Position numbers and translations under genes: made by a program. A stretch of 56,189 bases of DNA, the filler included, from Sphacelaria rigidula (Eukaryota), in the NCBI GenBank assembly GCA_964200075.2. It is 7 parts of 7 records of this genome, joined end to end, with 100 filler letters (N's around TTAATTAATTAA, not from the genome) between each part and the next. Parts side by side here need not be neighbours in the genome. Positions count along the whole stretch, not along the records: positions 40,208 to 48,148 come from CAXNAA020012903.1; positions 48,249 to 56,189 come from CAXNAA020012904.1; 5 more parts are not named here. One strand, written 5' to 3'. The notes beneath the pieces were generated by a model. That model did not search any database. It was given only the letters and a program-made list of their open reading frames with translations, and had not been told where the DNA came from. The stretch's first letter is position 1; each line of letters begins with the position of its first letter. Shown here piece by piece: positions 47,498-56,189 of this stretch.

Positions 47498-50180
47498 CGA
47501 GCTGGGCCAGCCTAAAAACGGATTTAAGCTCTAAAAGCAATACCTCATCGACGCAGACGAGTNNNNNNNNNNGTCTAATCAAGGGGAAGGTGCCCATCTG
47601 CTCGAAAGTTTGGGCCCATATTCTCTCGTTGATTAAACCCCGTGTCTAGCAATTCCTATACCTAAGGGAGATAGCGCCAATACCTTGCCAATACTAAAAT
47701 CTCTGTGAAACTCCTGATCGATGTATTTAGCGGATGGCGACAAATTCTGGTGTGGAGAAACACAAAAGAGTGCCGAACAAAGAAAAAAGTGGGTCTTCCA
47801 TTTTTTTTTTTTTAATAGAGGTTAGGGCGTTTTTGTGAAAAAATGGTCTTCACCATAGTAGAACGCTCTAAACCTGTGAAAAAAATTGAAAAAAATCAAC
47901 CTGACCCATTCTTTTTTGTTGAATTTACCTTAGAGAGCGCCCATACCAAATTTCAAAACACGAAAACCAAACGTGGGCCCGTGAGTGGCCTGCGAAATAC
48001 TGTTCCGGATCTCTACCGACCCGATTTCTGATAGGCCCCATGCTCTTTTATGCATTAGAGTTGGACCCTGAAATTTGGTATGGACAGTACATAGGGCATA
48101 AATATATATATATATATATATATATACTGGAGTACCAAAAGTGTTTTTNNNNNNNNNNNNNNNNNNNNNNNNNNNNNNNNNNNNNNNNNNNNTTAATTAA
48201 TTAANNNNNNNNNNNNNNNNNNNNNNNNNNNNNNNNNNNNNNNNNNNNTTTGAGAAACTGAGAAATTACGGATTCTGCATACTTCTGACGCTGACGACTG
48301 TATCTCCATAAATGCCCAGTGTTGCGTCAAAATAAGAATAAGAGGAAAACGGAACAGGAATTGACCGCTTTTCCCTCTAGTTCGCACTGCTGCAGCGCAC
48401 AGTCCCAGATATAGCGACGTGGAACTGTTGGCTGTGGTTTGCATAACGTGTGAGCGAAGTTTCAGCGCCTCGCAGCGGCTACTGTACAGCGCGCGTATGG
48501 TCGTGCGTCATGAAGTGCGCAGCTCTACAGACTGTATGCGGATCGGTACACTGCAGATGGTCATAATCCAGAAAGGGTCGCAGTACAGACCGGTGTCAGT
48601 TTGCTACCACATCGGCCGCCCAGCCGCTCAATATGTCGAAGTTTGTGCATCCGCGTGTGCATGTACGCATTCGCCTGTAGTGCACGGAGTCTGGGCAGCG
48701 GATAGCCGATGTGAGGGCGCATAGACGGCATTCCCCGAAATCGCTGTGGCCATGTTGTAGGAATGTCTGGGGCCCGATCGCGCGGATGCTTCGCACATAT
48801 GCTGTCTGTGTTGTGTCCGACTAGTGTGCAACGTTGCACTGGAAATTCGGAGTTTACCGTAGGAAAGTATCCAAATAAATATGAGATGAGGTTACGCCCT
48901 GGTTACGCCGCATATCAGATGCAGTTACGCAGTATTACGGTATGGGTACTGTCTGTGTACAGTGAATTGCATCAGCGTATTATACTGCACTTTATAGTGG
49001 TCATGACAGAATTTTCAAATTTCAAAGCCATCAGCTGCGCCGCTAGACATGCATGTAAACAATCGTGCCGTTCTCATTTTCTTCAACGGCAATTAAGATG
49101 CTTTTTTTTCAGGCGAATTGCACACTTTATATGCTACGCCCCAGGCGTGGTGATGCGCTGGAATGCGAAGCGTGGTCGCCACCTATCGCCGTACCATTGG
49201 GCCCGTAAGGCACCCGTACCGAGCAACACCGTGCACACCACCGAACGCGGGACATAATCACGTTCTCAGCCTGCAACTTGTGCCGACGATCTAGCCATGA
49301 CATAGCTCTTCGGATATGCCGCGTGTTGGGCCGTAGGTTCTCCATCTTGGGCACCTCGTACCTACTTTGCGGATGATCCCAGCTGATAATTTATACAATG
49401 ACTATTGTATGCGAAAATCCACAGACATTTGATTTTTTTTTGTTTTGGCGCAACACTGGCCTGTGTTGGCGATTCGGCGCCATTTGTGCCCCAATACGTG
49501 GCGTGGCGGACTGGGCCACCCAGGAAAGACTTGCGACCCTAGGGTTGTAGCGCACTGTTGCGAGTTTTCGCAATATCCGTTTTCCCGATTTTTCGCCACG
49601 TCCAGGTTACCTGCTCTCAGACCGTTTCTTGCGGTGTTTTTTTGGGGGGCGTGGGAAGCGTATTTCCAGGTTTCGGGTATTTGGCAAGATTTTTGACCCC
49701 CAAAACAGAGAACATCGCCATTACATGTCTTGGACACTTTGCATCACCCCACCGAGAGGAGTCTAGCCCACTTTGCCGATTCACTTGCAAGGTTTCGAGA
49801 ATGGCCTCTGAACAAGAATACATGTGGACAAAAAGATGCGGTGTCTGCAGGTCTTCCGTAAATACGATGGACGAATAGATTCAACACTCCAAGCAGTATT
49901 GTCCACGATATGAAAGAGAATCCCCGGGGGGGTTGCCGGGGTGTTATTCACCATATATATGGCTCAGTTTTTATGAGTCTGGTGCTCCGGACAATTTGGG
50001 GGACGATACAACAACCGCTCCATCACAACTCTCATACACTACTCGTGCCCATGGTCGGTCGCCGTTTTTTTCCCTTACACCTCTGACAATACAGGTAGAC
50101 AGGCAACTTTGGATGCATCATTGCTTTCAATTACGAGGCCCTGTAGAGATATTATTGCGCAGTAGAGAAAGCTGATATCG

Positions 50181-50537
50181 TCCCCGGTGGCTCAGTTGGT
50201 AACCTCGAAACCCTCTGACAGTTGGGACGTCGGTTCGAATCTCGGCGAAATCACACAATCTAGATTTTTTTCTCAAGTCATGCCCACCAGTGGAGTGCGA
50301 TTTTGTCGGAGGTACACAAATCCGATGTCACGTTCGACGAGGGAAAGGGACCGCTGGACCGTTCTCGCGATAAAGAGTAAGGCAAGCACTGCGGAGGGAA
50401 GGTGCGGAACAATCAAGGAAAAAACTCCTGTGTTGACATTCCGCCTGTGTGACCCCGGCTGATTCGCCCCCAAACATCAATTGGTGTAGACTGGCGTCCA
50501 GAACGGATGGGATGACAGTACAACACCTGACACACAA
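50181..50537 (+). mobile_element. tRNA-derived SINE, copy 2
   Basis: A box TGGCTCAGTTGG (50188), B box GGTTCGAATC, CA-rich tail; colinear with 8269-8622. Confidence 0.85.
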
Positions 50538-52168
50538 AGAGCTGTTGATATGCCTTCTTCAACGTGTATGTGCGTGTGCATGTGAGGTGCTTACAGTACT
50601 GGGCGCCTTAACTGTTCGTATTGATAATTTCTTCGTGATTGGCGATTTTGTTAGGTTCCTTCGCTTGCCACCGCTCATCACATTGCGGATCCGAAGATAC
50701 TTGTATCCGCTCAACATTCCAAGAAAAAAATGTCATCTGTACTCAATAGTGAGTTACGGGCTGATCGGTCATCGGAGGTCCTGCCGCGTTTCAGCCCAGA
50801 TTCTGATTCCCCGGTATTTTCGGTCGATCGAGCCTGTCCCGATAGTATTTGTGAAGAAATGCACAGTAATGATTTTTTTATATTCCACCCACTCATTGCA
50901 CTAGAGTCGAATAACTGTAGTTCACGATCACTAACACCCTCCTGATAAACAGGATATCTACTCGTATCGCCCGATAACACCAAGTAACACTTACTTGGGC
51001 ACTCGGGAGGGGGGGGGGGCGATCTTTTTATTTTACCAAAATCTACCGGCGCTAGCACTTTCGAGTTCTATCAAAGAGTAGTCGCGAGAAAAAACCCTTC
51101 TGAACCATTGACAGTCCAGGCGCCCAGTGCTATAGTCGTCCTCGTTGGTATAAAATACAACCCAGGGTAACACGTTTTGCACATGAGCTGGGAAAGTTCG
51201 CTACGGCCTACTGTACTATATCTACTGACCGTACCATACGCTGCACTGTCTGCGGTAACGGAAGATTTTTCGCCACGAGTAATACCCCGCTCAAGGCATT
51301 TTTTTATTTGCCTGCAGTATCGGCCTTTTGCTTCCATGATTCATGACAAACTTTACGCGCGTGTCAGATGACATTGCCGGGGCCCAATCGATGCCACCTT
51401 TTGCAGGAAGCTCTGTGTATGACATGTGTAAAATGAGCTCAGCCCCGTCAGAAGCTCTTATCGCGATCACAGGCTGCGTACAGTAACAGAGTATGACTTT
51501 CACTTGAAATAGCTTCTCATGGGGACAATGGCTGGAACGTTTTCCCATCGACTAGATTTTTCGCAACCTCTCCACGCCTTTTTGTTTCCCCCATGGAGTG
51601 CAGCACCACGTGTAAAATCTGGTCATGTTCCAAAACACTAGCCTGGCTACCAGAGGTCAAATGATCGGAGCAGGACGCCGCGGGCGCTCAAAGAATTGGC
51701 CGTTTGAGCCGCTCGGGACTGTGCCGAGGCTTTACACGCCGACAGTTCCGAGACTTTGTGGAGGATGGTGTTCGTTGGCGTAGATGAACGCCACAAGGAT
51801 TTGGGTGCTTCGCAAAAGTGACCCAAAAGAGAAAGAAAAATAAAGCTAAAAGGCGGGAAGCTATATCTTGCCATGGCTGTACGAGGCGGGTGTAATTATT
51901 TTACCCTCCGTGTAGTTAGCAGGAAGAAGTGTCCTGTGAGGGTTAGTAGTGCCACGACGATGGCTAACCTCACCAGACCTCTGGTGCATACAGGGATCAT
52001 TGTACAAGCATTCAATGGCAAAAACCCGAATGCTTTCGCGGAGCAGTTGCCGACACCGTGGCTTTGCGTGCGGGACAATCTCACCGCTGTGGTTTCGTGC
52101 CTGGTCGTGTGTGTTGTCAACTTGTGCTCACCCTGCTCAACTAGCTGTGGGGGCTGAAGGGAAATTTC

Positions 52169-52322
52169 CAGGGCTCTTTACGTTACACGTCACAAATTTC
52201 GTTACACCTCACACGTCACAAGTTCGTCAAGTCAAGTCAAGTATTACGGTGGGGGACCACGTAGGCCCCCACCGTAGGACCAGCCTGGCTTAACTTGTGA
52301 CGTGTAACGTAAAAGAGCCCTG
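52169..52322. mobile_element. 154-bp hAT-like MITE, same TIR family as 5446-7093
   Basis: CAGGGCTCTTT(T)ACGTTACACGTCACAA TIRs; perfect 8-bp TSD GAAATTTC. Confidence 0.95.
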
Positions 52323-53649
52323 GAAATTTCCGCAAACCCTGGGCAAAATATCAGAGCATCATCCCGTCATACCCCCACGACCCGCGCCTGCATCACGTAC
52401 ACTTTTTACCAAATACGTCACGCAGTGCAGCTGTTGACCGATAGTCGTGTGTTGACCGCACACATGTACTGCTATCGGTGCGATAATTTGTCGTCCTGAG
52501 AAGGCAAAGCGCTTTTGATCATGACCTGTTTTGGTTGATTGACGGATTGATTGTCGCACATTAACTGCTACCCGAGGGACCCAGCCAGTCGTGCTCATTC
52601 CCGACATGATGGACGTATCCGAAGTAAATAGAAACGCTCGTTGAAGGGAAAGAGAAGAAAACAGGAAGATAGACCAGACAAATAGAGTTGATGGAAAAAA
52701 TCGAAAGGCAGAAACAAAACCAAGCGAAAGAAGAGAAGAACAAAATGTAGAAATGGTCGGCCTTTGCAACATGGCTCGAGGTGGAGAAGTTCTTGCGCAA
52801 AAAGCACATTCACTCTTGTCCACACAAAACAAGAATCCTTTAGGAACAGAGTGTGGCTCATCTATCCCGGCCACACTATTTCCAAAGGGTATTAGCGCTC
52901 ACCCATGAACCAACCCTACGGAAGCATGGCACCAAACTGAAACTTGCATCACTTGCTTGAAACTTGCATACACGACACGAGGGGAAAATATATATGAAGA
53001 GAGAGATGGAGAACAAAGAATGGAACCACAGAAGTGATGAAGCCCGAAGACACAGTAGACCAGGTACAGACGCACAACCATGAAACACTGCAAGACCACC
53101 GACCAAGCACAATATCAACAACCGATAGGAGAAGATAGAGGTAGATCCGCTTCCGTCTTCACCCAACTTCCCCCGCCATTCCCTTGTAGGGAACCAAGCC
53201 GGAGAGTTTCGGAAATTCGTCATTTCAGAGTGCAAATATCTGAGGATCAGGGTTCAGAATGAACAAAAAAATACCTCGTCGAAAAAATGTTGACGGGATA
53301 CCACATTTGACGGAGAGGAAAATAATCTTTCGTTACCCTCTCATCCTGAGATATTTGCACTCTGAAATGACAAAAAAAAGCGCTTTCCGAAACTATCTGT
53401 TATTCTCTCGTCTATTTCAGTCTTAATCCAGCTTCCCCTGCCCATTCCTAGTCGGGTAGAAAGTGGGACATATTTTTCTTCTGTCTTGAATTCCTCGTAA
53501 GTTTTTGCTGTTGTTGTATTAGTTAGCGAGGGCACTTCTCTGACGACTAACGGCTCTCGATGCAGCAGGCTCATTCTGTGGGGCAGGTGTTCCTGGTATT
53601 TACCTTCGCGTCACCACGTCTCCTTGAACTCTTCCGCCCAAAAAGGGAA

Positions 53650-53721
53650 TGGAGGTATGGGGATTTGAACCCCAGACATTTCGCATGCGAAGCGAACACT
53701 CTACCCCTGAGCTATACCCCC
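53650..53721 (-). tRNA. trnA: tRNA-Ala(CGC)
   Basis: GGGGGTATAGCTCAGGGGTAGAGTGTTCGCTTCGCATGCGAAATGTCTGGGGTTCAAATCCCCATACCTCCA folds as a full cloverleaf with G3:U70, anticodon CGC and discriminator A. A T5 run follows. Confidence 0.92.
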
Positions 53722-53850
53722 ACTGGTCACCTTCGACCTGAGTGACAGTTACTTCGGCGTGTAGTATATATGTTGCAACGGCTGCAGGTTTTACCGGCGT
53801 TTACCTTCGCGTCACTACGTCTCCTTGAACTCTTTCGCCCAAAAAGGAAG

Positions 53851-53902
53851 TGGAGGTATGGGGATTTGAACCCCAGACACTCTACCGCTGAGCTATACCT
53901 CC
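53851..53902 (-). pseudogene. tRNA-Ala derivative lacking the anticodon arm
   Basis: 20-nt deletion between ACA repeats removes the anticodon stem-loop. G3 changed to A. A/B boxes and T-run retained. Confidence 0.9.
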
Positions 53903-54031
53903 ACAGGTCACCTTCGACCTGAGTGACAGTTACGATGACGTGTAGTATATATGTTGCAACGGCTGTAGGTGCTGCTGGCGTTTACCTTCGCCTCACCACG
54001 TCTCCTTGAACTCTTCCGCCCAAAAAAGGAG

Positions 54032-54103
54032 TGGAGGTATGGGGGTTTGACCCCCAGGCGTTTCGCATGCGAAGCGAACACTCTACCCCTGAGCTATACC
54101 CCC
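54032..54103 (-). tRNA. trnA: tRNA-Ala(CGC) variant or pseudogene with altered T-loop
   Basis: Same body as 53650-53721, but T-loop is GTCAAAC instead of TTCAAAT (B box damaged). Confidence 0.7.
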
Positions 54104-56189
54104 ACAGGTCATCTTCGACCTGAGTGATAGAAGTGATGACGTGTAGTATATATCTCGCAAGGGCTTTTTTGCCCGTTTTGGCGCTGTCTATCGACCGAAA
54201 ACACCGACAATTTGGCTCAGGGTCAACGCTCAGACATTATTCTCCCGCGATTGCTCACGCAAGTTTTGGGAGTTAGACCCTGAAATTTTTGCTCATGTGT
54301 ACTAAGGGATATTGTAAAACTTTCATGATTCTTTTTTTCGCCAGACATCCGGGGTCCCGCCGGTCTCGGAGGTCCCGGGGGCCATATGGTCTCATATGGG
54401 AGGTCAGTTTACCACTTGGGATGAGGAGAAAATTCTCAGAAACTTATAACTTCGAACAAACTATGACACCAACACTAACCCTAACCCTAACCCCAACGAA
54501 GGCACACACCGAGAACCCTCGGGCGAGGGGGTTGAGAGTGTCACATAGGCAAAGGGTGCGTTGGCAGACCTCAAATCGGCGCCCCAGGCGTCGATCTCGA
54601 CCAAAACGCGTTCCGCGCAAGCCAGGAGCACGCTTGGAGCATAGTCCCATTAAAGATCCGGATTTTCGCTGTTCACACTAACATCAAGTCGAACTATCTG
54701 AGAAATTTCTCACCATCCCAAGTAGTAAACTCTACTGTCATAAGGTCTCGTGGGGCGTCGGATATCTGACGGAAGGAAAATATGTGTATATATTCGTAAA
54801 AATATTCGCAACATTCCATAGTACACGTGTACAACATTTGAGGGTTAAACTCCACAAATCCGTGTGAGAAATCGCCCTCATGTGGGGTCAAGCGTAAAAT
54901 AATCTCCTGAATCCCCCAATTACTTGATTTGAGTGTCAAACTGAACTTTTCCTGTGCGTTCAATCTTGTCGAGTTACGCCACGAAACTTTGTACAAACAT
55001 CACGTGGACTATACCTCGGGACGAGAATTTACACTTTCGTTATGAGGCGATCTGTACCGGCTTCTGCGGGTCTTCACGCCGGGACCCCCGGAGGCCGGTA
55101 GAAAGCAACCACATGAACGTTGAAAATAGCATTAAACATTTCTCTTTCCCATTTTGAGCACCGATATCCACCAAACTGCCAAGTCTGAGGATGATCAGAG
55201 CTCCTCTACGAGAGGTGTAACGAACATTGTAACGAGGCTTATCTAGGTCCTTGATGCATTACATCAGTGGAAATCCTACGACGCCAAAACCCCATAATCG
55301 AAATACCACGGTTGGGGGTGTAACTCAATCCCATACAAAACGTTTTCAAAGTCCTTGATTTGCGTTAGATTGATTCCCTAGCTGATGGCGGTTACCAAGG
55401 TTTGATTCATGATGAAATCGGGTAAAACATTTGTCGGGAATTCGTATTTTTTTAATTTCAGAACAACTTGAAGACCCCTGGTTTTCAGAAGAACATTTTC
55501 GCTGCTATTATAGCGCCACGGCAAAGGACGCGAGAAAATTTCTGGCCATGACAAACTGTTCGCTTGCTCGTGAGATATCAAATTTGTATCTGGCGGGTCA
55601 GTTTTGCGTTCTGAATCTAGTGGGGGAATAATTTTTCGGCTTTCACCCTGGATCAGCCCGTATTCAGAATCATCAGAGGCTGTCCTTTTTGCGTTCAACT
55701 AGGGGTACGGGCGCTTTTGGGAATTGATTGCAAGCTTTCACGGTTAGGACGAATTATCACGGCTTCGAATCACCAAATCCGCAATTTCTTCGGCCTGGTT
55801 GCCCAAAAGGGAGAAAAAAGTAGAGCCGCCTTTACAGCAAATACTGTGCCGTTCCGGTCTGTACAAGTATTTACAAGAGTGGTGATAGCTGATAGCTCGT
55901 GCTGTTTGCAATGCCTCGGGCTGTTTGAAGATCCAGACGTGGCGTTCTTGGGCGCGTGCTCGATTTCAAAATGCATCCCACGCTGAAGAGATGAGAACAA
56001 AGATTACGCTGACTGACTTGTGCAGCAGGTACTATCACGATGCTAGAATTGTCAAAACCCAGATATCGTTTGATAAAATTCAAAAGTACAAGCTACACAG
56101 CAAGCCCCCATTTGCAGTTTTTTATCGTACGGTGATGTCAATTAGCGTGGTATCCCCCCGCGGGTTATAACCCCCCCCCCCCCCCCCCC

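Larger units (their letters stand above)
53583..54160. repeat. Tandem array of three ~200-bp tRNA-Ala units
   Basis: Flanks TTTACCTTCGC..CACGTCTCCTTGAACTC and CTTCGACCTGAGTGA...GTGTAGTATATA repeat three times. tRNA 3' ends are spaced 201 and 181 bp. Confidence 0.95.

Noticed and set aside
47563-47572. 10-N gap
   Set aside because: Ordinary assembly gap, not a feature.
50181-50260. tRNA gene at the SINE head
   Set aside because: No proper acceptor or anticodon stems, and homology to the second copy continues for ~280 bp.
48249-53500. Numerous 60-170-aa ORFs in the track
   Set aside because: No recognisable domains; they overlap on both strands, as expected by chance at this base composition.
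54475-54492. Telomere-like (CTAACC)3
   Set aside because: Only three units, internal to other sequence; no evidence of a chromosome end.

Overview
This window is not one locus. It is seven equal fragments (7,941-7,942 bp) joined by identical 100-bp linkers (N44-TTAATTAATTAA-N44). The fragments are repeat-rich eukaryotic nuclear DNA; the repeat style suggests a stramenopile, probably a brown alga (inference). I found no intact protein-coding gene. Retroelements: a decayed Ty1/copia element interrupted by a CACTA-like MITE and by a second, antisense copia, plus another copia remnant and a two-copy tRNA-derived SINE. DNA transposons: a PIF/Harbinger transposase remnant and many non-autonomous elements with readable TIRs/TSDs (hAT-, P-, Tc1/mariner-Stowaway-, Tourist-, piggyBac- and CAC-ended types). 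Other features: a three-unit tRNA-Ala(CGC) tandem array (one canonical copy, one lacking the whole anticodon arm, one with an altered T-loop) and a probable USP (peptidase C19)-like pseudogene. The most unusual structure is at 40282-41174. It is an ~18-unit array with a strict 42-43-bp period, ATATTG-N6-CAATATATATTG-N17-19, in which motif and spacing are conserved but the two variable segments differ in every unit. It ends in a TIR shared with three ~140-bp mini-elements in another fragment.
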